A stretch of 64,000 nt of DNA from a virus. Shown here piece after piece: positions 27,097 through 37,000 of this stretch (positions are counted from its first letter, which is position 1; each line of letters begins with the position of its first letter). A program made the position numbers and the translations under genes. The notes under the pieces were generated by a model. That model was not told where the DNA came from. It searched no databases and saw nothing but the letters and a program-made list of their open reading frames with translations. The DNA lies in IMG/VR virus record IMGVR_UViG_3300042937_001707, positions 1-64,000 of that record. One strand, 5' to 3'.

Positions 27097-30000
27097 ATGC
27101 TAAATTTTAATGTTGAGCCGTACAGAGACGATTTCGATCCTAATAAACATTTTCACAGAATTCTTTTCAAACCTGGAAAAGCGATTCAGGCAAGGGAATT
27201 GACTCAATCCCAAACGATTTTACAGGATCAAATTTCCAAATTTGCATTTCATATTTTTTCACAAAATACCCCAGTAACTGGAGGTAATGTAACCATCAAT
27301 ACCGATTGTTATTATCTTCGACTATTACCAGAATATGAAGAAAATTCTATTGATGTAAATAATTTTCTCAATAGAATCATTAGGGACGATACTGGAACTG
27401 TTATTGCTAGAGTTCTTGCAGTAGCAGAAGAAACTTTTGTTAACGAAGTTTCCGCAGAAGCCCCAACTTTAATTGTTTCTTATATTTCCGGACAACAATT
27501 TGATGCTGGAGATATAATTTATTCTGCTGACGATTCTAATTTTACTGCACAATTAACTTCAGCAAATCATTCTGGAAAATCTTCTGTCGCTCATATTGCA
27601 GAAGGGGTTTTCTTTGTCGTAAATGGATATAGTTACTCAAATATTCAAAATCCAGACGGAACTTATTCAAAATATACTATTGGTAATTTTGTTGGAGTTC
27701 AACCGCAAATTGCAATTCTTGATAAGTATGGAAATAAACCAACATTAAGAGTGGGTTTAAATATAAACGAAACAGTTTATGATTATGTTGACGACCCTTC
27801 TTTATTAGATCCAGCTATTGGTGCATCCAATTATCAGGCTCCTGGCGCAGATAGATACGTCATTGAATTGGATTTAGAAACCAGACCTTTATCCATTGGT
27901 GACGACCAAAGCTTCATTGAATTGGTCAGAATGGAAGAAGGAGAAATAAAAAAGCAAGTAAACAATACTGTATATTCTGTTATTGATGATTATTTCGCCA
28001 AAAGGACTTCAGAAACAAACGGAAACTATATTGTAAACGATTTCGCATTTACGCCAAAAATAAATCCAGCAGACGCAAATTCTTATATTATGACTGTAGG
28101 AAAGGGTGTTGCTTATGTAAATGGGTATAGAGTAGAAAATCAATCTGATATTGGCATTCTTGGTCAAAGAGCAAGAACAACAGAATCTAGTAATAATGCG
28201 ACTGTATATTTTGAGTATGGAAACTATTTCTATGTTGATAATTTAGAAGGGTTTTTCGAAATAACGAAATTACCAAAAGTAGATATTCATTGCGTACCTT
28301 ATAATAATATAAATGTTTCTTCAACCACAGAATATAATAAAACTTTAGTCGGAACTTCTTATGTGAGGAACTTAGAACAATATTCTGGCGATATTTCTAA
28401 TCCAGATTCTATCGTTTATAAAATGTTTGTTACCGATATACAAACAAGAAACATAAATGGGGCTGCGGCGAATACTGCACCAACATTTGACCGTTTATGG
28501 TTACAGTCTGGAACTTTTACTACTACTGCAAATGCTTATGTTGGAGTTACGGTTTCTATTACTTCTGGGTCTAGTGCCGGAGATACTAGAACAATCGTCG
28601 AATCTTACTCTAGCGGCATGATTGTAGTTAGCTCAAATTTTTCTGAAAGAATAGATTCCACTTCAAAATACACACTAAATTTTGGCATAAAAGACGCAGA
28701 AAGTATTGTACTATCCACTTCTCCCGTGTCAAAAACGATAAGAAGTAATATAAATTCTCAACACGGTAAAGAAAGAGGGTTTTCTACTGGTTATGCCAAA
28801 TTGGTCGAGCCAAGCGATCCAGAAATGGTGTGGAACCTTGGACATTCTTATGTTAAACAATTAACAGATACCAGTTATCAGGGAACATATCTATACGCAG
28901 ACCAATCTTTACAATTCGCAAACGGTAAACTGGAATTATATTTAACGGCTCCAAATTCAACGACTTTCTCTGGTTCAGGTTCTTTAAGTGCAGATCAAAT
29001 AAAATCGAATTTTATAGTGTCAAGAAGTGCTAATGGACAAATTTTGACCTTTGACACGATTTCAAGAAAAGTTATTGTAGAACCAACTAACAGACAGTCT
29101 GCTAAATTAGAAATTTCTAATCTCGGTAATATTTCTTTTGATATTGATATTATTTCTAAATTAAACGTCAATAATGCCGACGCTACGAATATTTTAAGAA
29201 CTAAAGAATTATACCAAGGCAATACTTCTTACTATTCAACAGGAACTTCTGTTGTCGATAAAGGTAATATTAGATTTAATTCGGCTTTAGGTCAAGTTTA
29301 TATTCCCTTTGCAGAATTAGTACCAATAACACAAATACAAAGTTTATATGTTTGTGACGTAAAAAGGATTCTTAAAATATATGAAACAGCAAATTCTTCA
29401 ACAGCCCCGAATTCCACTTTAACTAATGTAACAGACGTTACGAAATATTACACTTTTAATAGTGGACAAAAAGATTCGTATTATGATCACGCATATATTC
29501 AATTAAATTTTGGCGCTCCAATAAGAAAAGGTAATTTATTAGTAATATTCGATTACTATTCACATTCTGGTGATATAGGTTACTTTAGCGTAATGTCTTA
29601 TTTTAAGGGTGTAAGAAAAGAAGAATATTCCGAAGTATTAAATTCTAATTATACCGCTAAAAATGGCGATGTATATAGTGCGTCTGATAGTATTGACTTC
29701 AGACCAACCAGAAAAAATGGAGATGCAAATTTCGTTTTTGATAAAGATTACATTGTTCCAAATTACCTAACTGCATTTACTGGAGATTATGAATACTATC
29801 TAGGTAGAAAGGACATTTTAATATTAACAAAAGATAGAACATTTGAAATCGTACAAGGAGTTCCTGCGCAATATCCAAAATTTCCAACCATACCAGATGC
29901 TTCTATGGATATTGCCAAAATAAATTTAGACCCATATACAGCATATATAACTGGAGAAAATTCAAAAGTAACAAATATTGCAATTCAAAAAATAGCCCAT

Positions 30001-33000
30001 AAAACATGGAAGATGAAGAACATTTCCGATTTGGAAAAGAGAGTTAATAATATTGAATATTATACTTCCCTAAGTTTATTAGAAAAGAACGCGGAATCTT
30101 TACAAATTCCAGACGAAAACGGATTAAATAGGTTTAAATATGGTATACTAGCAGATGATTTTACTGGATTCTCTGCTTCTGATACTGCAAATTACGACTT
30201 CAATAGCGCTGTATTAAAACTTGAAAGGTCTTTAACTGCTTCACATACAGTAGAAAATTGGAAGTTGCAGTGTTCTGCTCTTTCTAGAAATATGGGAGCG
30301 ATTGATAATTCTCAATTAACAGATTTTGCAATAACAAGCAACAAAACAAATAAATTCTACACGTTACCATTTACAAAAAAACCAGTTATTGAACAAAAAC
30401 TAGCAAGCAGAACTATAAACGTCAACCCTGTTGCTGTTATTGATGTTGTTGGAGACTTGGATTTGTCCCCTCCAATGGATACTTATGTCGATAACTTAAA
30501 ACTACCAAGTTTATTGATAGCCGACCCAGCGTTTAAATTCTATGAACCATCCGATCAAGTAAATCTTTTAAGTCAGTCTGATTGGAAACTCGTTGCTGGA
30601 ACTACTACAGAAAAATTGGTTGATACAACTAGAATAGTTGATTCTGCTGGTGGTACTACTATAACAAAAGAGTTCCTAAAAACTTGGCAAGAATCGAGGG
30701 ATAGTTTATATGGATACTACAAAGATTTAAATACAAACTTTATAGAAACCAACGATTTCATTACAGATATTAATATAATGCCCTTTGTTCGAGCGCAAGA
30801 AATTGAGTTTAAAACTAAAGGTTTATTAATTAATACCCCGCTAAATTGTTATTTCGATAACGTAAACATTAACGAAAACGTCAGATTACCAAATCTTCTA
30901 AAAGTTGCGGTTTCTGGTGGAGAATTTAAAGAAGGTGATGTTATTGGTTATTTATCTGCAGGGGTTTTCGTTCCTACAGGAAAAATACTCGGGGTTGCAT
31001 ATGAACCAGTTTCTAGATTTCCTTCTGGTGCTCTAACGACTCTAAGACTAAGAATGCTTCACCAATACCTATATGTTGTTGGAGATATTGGTATTACAAG
31101 ATATGCGGCTCCAGACACCAATTCGATTAATGTTGGCGTATTTAATACAAACGGAAGTTTTTCTAGGACAACCGCTTCTGGCGTTTTAGTAGAAACGTTA
31201 CATTCGTCTGGATTATTAGGGGCTGTTTCTGGAGGAACTGCGCAAACAGCAGATTTATACGAAGACGAAACCGGGAGAGACTATTCAGCAATAAGTAGAG
31301 CAGAATCTTTGGGTCAAAATAATAATACATATTTACCAAAAACCCTATTTAAGAGAACGGTTCGTAGGCAATTGGGAGTAACTTCAATTACTTTATCGTC
31401 AATGGCTTCTTCTACTAATAATTTTTATAAAGATGCTATTGTTACTATTTTCAATCCAAATCCAATAAATGACGAATGGAGCAGTTCTGCAGTAATTTCT
31501 GCTTATAATGGGTCTACTAAAGTAGCAACATTATCCACAACAATAAATGTAGAAATTTCTTCTGCCACTATTTACTCTATAAGTAGAAATACTTCTATTT
31601 TCAAAACTTCTGCTTCTACACCATTAGCAACTTCAAGAAATAACCCAGTTAATTTCTCAGAACCAATGCCGTTTATGTCTTCTGTTAATGGTATGTTTTG
31701 TGGTATATTTAAAGTTCCTGGTGGTAAGTTTTTCTCTGGAACTAAAGTTTTCAGAGTGGATAATGGTATTGATGGTAATGCAAATTCTGCTACAACATAC
31801 GCAGAATCGTCCTTCTTTGCTTCAAACTTGGCGACGCAAAGTCAAAGTTTACAATTTGCGTCAAAAATACCTGGATGGACAGAAACGGATAAAATCAACA
31901 AGAGTTCTACTAGGAAGGAGCAAGAATATATTGCCCCACCTCCACCTCCTCCACCACCAGAAGACCCTTTGTGTCAATCTTTTATCGTCGAAGGAAATTT
32001 ATATCCTAATGGGGTTTTCTTAAAATCTTTAAGTCTATTTTTTAGAACAAGGTCTATAGATCAACCAATTTATATTTATTTGGTTGAAACATTAAATGGG
32101 TATCCTACATCAAAGGTTCTTGAAAATTCTAAAGTCATCATAGACCCATTAGTTGTAAATACTTCCGAAAGACCTCATTACTTGGATCAAAATTCAAAAA
32201 CAACATTTGAATTTGATGTTCCAGTATACATCAAACCCGACATTTTGTACGCATTTGTTGTTAGATCTTCTTCTTTGGAGTATACTTGCTGGTTGGCTGC
32301 TCAAAACGATTTTGCGTTGGCGTCAACTTCAAAAAATCTTCCAACAGACCCAGACCCACAAACAACAGCTAAATTGAGTTCTAATCCATATGTTGGAACG
32401 TTATTTGTATCTCAAAACGCAATAACTTGGAGCGCTGAACAAACAAAATCGTTAATGTTTACCATTGATGCTTGTGAATTCGACGTTTCCAAAACTCCGA
32501 ATATTGATTTTGTCATCCCAAAAAGCGCCCCAAGATCTAAGCCAATAGATTTTGCTTCTGCGTATTTTAAAGATGATTTACAAGTTATTGCTAATACAAC
32601 ATATTCTGTATTCTCGCAAAGAAATTCTATTGAATATGATAAGTTGAATCTATCAACTTCGGATTTCACTCCAACACAGACTAAAATAAATTATTCTTAT
32701 GATACAACACCAAAAAATACTTGGTTGTTAACAGGAACAAAAACTCCTATTAATCCTGGTAGGTATGGAACTCCTTCTGCTGATCAGTTTTTAACTGATG
32801 GTAGGGGTGCTAGAATTATTGCTGGAAATAGTAATAATTCTTTAGTTATGACTGCGCAATTAACATCTTCAAATAAATGGGTTAGCCCCATGATTTCTGA
32901 TGATGGTGTTTCTTTATATACAACAAAATGGTTGATTAACGATCTAGGAGTATATGATTATAATATCAATATTGTTGATGGGGGTAAAAATTACTCCAAC

Positions 33001-33864
33001 ACGACTACTGGAGTAAGAATAGAAGCTGATGGTTATGGGGTTGGTGCACTTGCAGACGTTGTTGTTGATCCGTCTAATGGAAATTCTATTTCTAAAATAG
33101 TATTTGCTAATAATGGACGTAATTATGCAGTAAGACCTAAATTATATCTTTCTACAATATCTACTGCAAATACTGTATCTGGTAATGATAATATCATATT
33201 TAAAACAGAAAATGGGAGCATTGCTAATGGTTCTATTTGGTATGGTCAATCTATATCTAATGGTAATAGTTCGTTTGTTACAACAGTAGTTTCTGCAAAC
33301 AATGCCAATGGTTGGGTTACGGTTTCTAATAATGTATTTGGAACTTCGACGAATCAAACTTTCTATATCGATGGAGAACCAAGATTTGAAAATGGAAAAC
33401 CCGCGATTATTATAAATTGCGAAACTTGTACTAGAACAGGAAACGGTCTGGCAAAATATATTTCTAAACGGGTTGTTCTTGCTCCTGGAGATGAAGCCGG
33501 AGATCTAAGAGTTTATTATACTGCATATAAACCATTGAATACAGAAATATATGTTTATTATAAGATTCTTTCTGGAGAAGACGAACAAAAATTTGATGAT
33601 GGAACTTGGCAAATAATGACTCCAATTTCTTCTACTAATAGGGTTTCCTCTACAAGAACAGATTTAATTGAATATGTTGCTGCTCCAGGTAAGGATAATA
33701 TAGCTAATAATAATATTGTTTACACCAGTAGTTCTGGAGCAACATATTCAACATTTAACCAATTTGCTATTAAGGTGGTAATGACAACTACAGATCCTAC
33801 ATATGTTCCTTTCTTAACTGATATTAGGGCAATTGCTCTTCCTGCTGGAACTGGAATGAGGTAA
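27097..33864 (+). CDS. Large virion structural protein (DUF4815/VrlC-like), 2255 aa
   Basis: NV.PY.DDFD..K.F.RILF.PG..IQARELTQ.Q, APGADR, LEKR..N.EYYTSL and DPL.QSF motifs. Confidence 0.75.
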   Translation: MLNFNVEPYRDDFDPNKHFHRILFKPGKAIQARELTQSQTILQDQISKFAFHIFSQNTPVTGGNVTINTDCYYLRLLPEYEENSIDVNNFLNRIIRDDTGTVIARVLAVAEETFVNEVSAEAPTLIVSYISGQQFDAGDIIYSADDSNFTAQLTSANHSGKSSVAHIAEGVFFVVNGYSYSNIQNPDGTYSKYTIGNFVGVQPQIAILDKYGNKPTLRVGLNINETVYDYVDDPSLLDPAIGASNYQAPGADRYVIELDLETRPLSIGDDQSFIELVRMEEGEIKKQVNNTVYSVIDDYFAKRTSETNGNYIVNDFAFTPKINPADANSYIMTVGKGVAYVNGYRVENQSDIGILGQRARTTESSNNATVYFEYGNYFYVDNLEGFFEITKLPKVDIHCVPYNNINVSSTTEYNKTLVGTSYVRNLEQYSGDISNPDSIVYKMFVTDIQTRNINGAAANTAPTFDRLWLQSGTFTTTANAYVGVTVSITSGSSAGDTRTIVESYSSGMIVVSSNFSERIDSTSKYTLNFGIKDAESIVLSTSPVSKTIRSNINSQHGKERGFSTGYAKLVEPSDPEMVWNLGHSYVKQLTDTSYQGTYLYADQSLQFANGKLELYLTAPNSTTFSGSGSLSADQIKSNFIVSRSANGQILTFDTISRKVIVEPTNRQSAKLEISNLGNISFDIDIISKLNVNNADATNILRTKELYQGNTSYYSTGTSVVDKGNIRFNSALGQVYIPFAELVPITQIQSLYVCDVKRILKIYETANSSTAPNSTLTNVTDVTKYYTFNSGQKDSYYDHAYIQLNFGAPIRKGNLLVIFDYYSHSGDIGYFSVMSYFKGVRKEEYSEVLNSNYTAKNGDVYSASDSIDFRPTRKNGDANFVFDKDYIVPNYLTAFTGDYEYYLGRKDILILTKDRTFEIVQGVPAQYPKFPTIPDASMDIAKINLDPYTAYITGENSKVTNIAIQKIAHKTWKMKNISDLEKRVNNIEYYTSLSLLEKNAESLQIPDENGLNRFKYGILADDFTGFSASDTANYDFNSAVLKLERSLTASHTVENWKLQCSALSRNMGAIDNSQLTDFAITSNKTNKFYTLPFTKKPVIEQKLASRTINVNPVAVIDVVGDLDLSPPMDTYVDNLKLPSLLIADPAFKFYEPSDQVNLLSQSDWKLVAGTTTEKLVDTTRIVDSAGGTTITKEFLKTWQESRDSLYGYYKDLNTNFIETNDFITDINIMPFVRAQEIEFKTKGLLINTPLNCYFDNVNINENVRLPNLLKVAVSGGEFKEGDVIGYLSAGVFVPTGKILGVAYEPVSRFPSGALTTLRLRMLHQYLYVVGDIGITRYAAPDTNSINVGVFNTNGSFSRTTASGVLVETLHSSGLLGAVSGGTAQTADLYEDETGRDYSAISRAESLGQNNNTYLPKTLFKRTVRRQLGVTSITLSSMASSTNNFYKDAIVTIFNPNPINDEWSSSAVISAYNGSTKVATLSTTINVEISSATIYSISRNTSIFKTSASTPLATSRNNPVNFSEPMPFMSSVNGMFCGIFKVPGGKFFSGTKVFRVDNGIDGNANSATTYAESSFFASNLATQSQSLQFASKIPGWTETDKINKSSTRKEQEYIAPPPPPPPPEDPLCQSFIVEGNLYPNGVFLKSLSLFFRTRSIDQPIYIYLVETLNGYPTSKVLENSKVIIDPLVVNTSERPHYLDQNSKTTFEFDVPVYIKPDILYAFVVRSSSLEYTCWLAAQNDFALASTSKNLPTDPDPQTTAKLSSNPYVGTLFVSQNAITWSAEQTKSLMFTIDACEFDVSKTPNIDFVIPKSAPRSKPIDFASAYFKDDLQVIANTTYSVFSQRNSIEYDKLNLSTSDFTPTQTKINYSYDTTPKNTWLLTGTKTPINPGRYGTPSADQFLTDGRGARIIAGNSNNSLVMTAQLTSSNKWVSPMISDDGVSLYTTKWLINDLGVYDYNINIVDGGKNYSNTTTGVRIEADGYGVGALADVVVDPSNGNSISKIVFANNGRNYAVRPKLYLSTISTANTVSGNDNIIFKTENGSIANGSIWYGQSISNGNSSFVTTVVSANNANGWVTVSNNVFGTSTNQTFYIDGEPRFENGKPAIIINCETCTRTGNGLAKYISKRVVLAPGDEAGDLRVYYTAYKPLNTEIYVYYKILSGEDEQKFDDGTWQIMTPISSTNRVSSTRTDLIEYVAAPGKDNIANNNIVYTSSSGATYSTFNQFAIKVVMTTTDPTYVPFLTDIRAIALPAGTGMR

Positions 33865-33865
33865 T

Positions 33866-34096
33866 ATGTTAGTAAAAACTGAGGAAGGAAACTTTATTAG
33901 GGATACAGAATCTATGGCGCTTCTTAATACTGATAGAAGCGCCAGAGAAGAATATTTCATGAAAGCGAAAATGTTACATATACAAAAGACAGAAATTGCT
34001 AATATAAATAATGAGATAGATTCGTTAAAAAACGACATAGGTGATATTAAATCTATGCTAATTCAATTAATATCGGATAAAACTAATGGCAAATAA
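33866..34096 (+). CDS. Small conserved coiled-coil protein
   Basis: RD..S.A.LNT and EI..LK.DI.DIK.ML motifs, typical just after the large structural gene. Confidence 0.7.
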   Translation: MLVKTEEGNFIRDTESMALLNTDRSAREEYFMKAKMLHIQKTEIANINNEIDSLKNDIGDIKSMLIQLISDKTNGK

Positions 34097-37000
34097 TATA
34101 ACCAATATCTATTTCTCTAATACTTTCGGTGATTTAGTAAGAACCGCAAATAACCTAGTAAACGCTTGGCAATATTTGGGGTTTTATGATTGGGATAAAC
34201 CTTCTGGAACTTTTTCTATATCAAGTTCTGGAACTGGGTTTCTTTCCAATACGATATCAGTATTTTCTAGAGAAACTAGGGTAGAAGGTGTTGGCAGTAG
34301 TTTATACGTCCAAAATAATGCTGAAGTGGGGAAAACTCTATCTCTCACAGATAGAGCGAATAACGTAACGTTGTATTCGAACGGAACTTCAATATTTTCT
34401 GGTGGATATCAAAATTATGCTTCTTACTTAACCGGAATTGGTTATGAAAATGTTAACAATAGTTACGGTATAGTTACTCTTGCTAAATCTCTATTTGCCA
34501 ATAGCGTAGATATTCTAGAAACAGCCAATGTAAATTTAATACAAGCAAACAATCAAATAATTTATTACAATTTATCTGGGAATACTGCACAATTTTCTGC
34601 GAACGTTACAGTTGGAAATTTGGTAAGTAATAATTTTATATATGCTGCAAATAATATTTCTACTAATAGAAATTTATTTGTGTCTGTAAATTCTCATGTT
34701 ATAGGTTTATCTTATACCGATAGATTGCAGGCAAATACTTCTGCAAATACTAGATATCTTTCTGTAACTGATGACGCCTTTGTAGATTACTTGCAAGCGA
34801 ATACAAATTTACAAACAGGGGTTGCTGTTGCAAATACGAGAGTCGTTACTGGTATTGTTCAAGCGAATAATACTGTTATTGCTAATACAGTTACTGCTAA
34901 CTCAATAGTTACTTCGCCAACATTACATGGTAGTAGTAACGTATTCAGCGGATATGTACAAGCTAATACCAGAATCGTTACTGGTATTGTTCAAGCAAAT
35001 AATACCGTTATTGCTAATACCGTTTCCGCCAACTCTTTGGTTACTACTCCAACGTTGCATGGTAGCAGTAACGTATTCACCGATTATGTTCAAGCTAATA
35101 CGAGAGTTGTTACAGGTATAGTTCAAGCTAATACTAACATATTTACTGCAACAATCTCTGCTAATAGTTCTATAGTTACTCCTACAGTTCAAGCTTCTTC
35201 GAACGTTTATACAGGATTTCTTAAAGCAAATAATTTAATTGTTACTGATGTTATTGAATCTCAATCTAGAGTTATAACAGATACTGCTTTAGCTAATACT
35301 AGAATAATTACAGCGACTTTACAATCTAATAATTCTATACTATCAAACGACATTTTAGCTAACACTAGAGTAGTTACTGGTATTGTTCAAGCGAACACCC
35401 ACATATATACCGACTACGCTCAAGCTAACACTAGAGTAGTTACTGGTATTGTTCAAGCTAATACTAACGTAATAACTAATGATGTTTTAGCAAATACTAG
35501 AGTTGTTGCAGGATTCGTTCAAGCAAACAATACCGTAATATCTAATACTATTTCTGCTAATACTGTTGTTACTTCTCCTACTTTACATGGTAGTAGTAAT
35601 GTATTTTCTGGATATGTTCAGGCTAATACTAGAGTTGTAACAGGTATTGTTCAGGCAAATAATATAGTTCATTCTAATACTGTTTCTGCTAATACTGTTG
35701 TTACTTCTCCTACTTTACATGGTAGTAGTAATGTATTCTCTGGATATATTCAGGCTAATACTAGAGTTGTCACTGAAACTGTTCAATCTAATACTAATGT
35801 AATAACTAATGATGTTTTAGCAAATACTAGAGTTGTCACTGAAACTGTTCAATCTAATACTAATGTAATAACTAATGATGTTTTAGCAAATACTAGAGTT
35901 GTGACAGGTATTGTCCAAGCTAATACTAATGTAATAACTAATGATGTTTTAGCAAATACTAGAGTTGTGACAGGTATTGTCCAAGCTAATACTAGAGTTG
36001 TCACTGAAACTGTTCAATCTAATACTAATGTAATAACTAATACTGTTTCAGCTAATTCATTAGTTACTTCTCCTACTTTACACGGTAGTAGTAACGTATT
36101 TACTGCGATTTTGCAAGCAAATAGTGCAGCAAACACTCAAAACCTATCAGTAACTCAGAGAATATTTACAAATGATTTTATATCTAATACTAACATTTTA
36201 GTAGTAAATAATGCAAATACTACCAATTTATACGCATCAAATCTAGTTCAAGCTAATAGTGTAGGATATCTAGATAACAGCCAAAATCCATCTGTATATA
36301 ATGTATATTCAAGAGAAGCACTATTCAATAATGCTTCGATAGTTTCAAACATGGTTGTTGGAGGAGACTTAAAAGTTTTAGGGGCTACTCAGTATGATGG
36401 TAAATCAATAAGATTAAGTGCTAACAGCCCTTCTTGGTGGACCAACACCATTCCTGCAGAACTGATTGTTAATAGAAAATTAGATGAGGCAAATGGTATA
36501 TGGTATTCTGCAAACTCTGACGCAGCAATATCTTGGTCCGATCTATCTTTAAGATGGAGAGCAGTCGATGTTCCTAATTCTACCGCCAACAGTAAAATTT
36601 ATACTAATTTATTGCTAGAGTTAGATATTGCTGATAATCTAAATGAAACTAGTTCCGTAAGAGTTCCTTCTTCTAGAGTACATTCTCTAACAAGAACACA
36701 CGCAAATTCTGCATTCTTAAATTCTAATTCTGCTTATACACATGCAAATTCTGTTTATACACACGCAAATTCAGCAATAACTATAGGGACAACGCCAGTA
36801 TATTTAAATAGAACTAATACAGTTTTTGGTGGTATATCAACATTGTCGGTAACAGGAACAACATTATCTAACTTTGTTGTTGCAAACACTAATGTAATTT
36901 CTCCAATAGTTGTTTCAAACAGCTTACAAGCAAACAATTTTGCTAATACCCAAAATCTTTCTGTAACCCAAACAATATTTACTAGAGATTTTCGAGCAAA

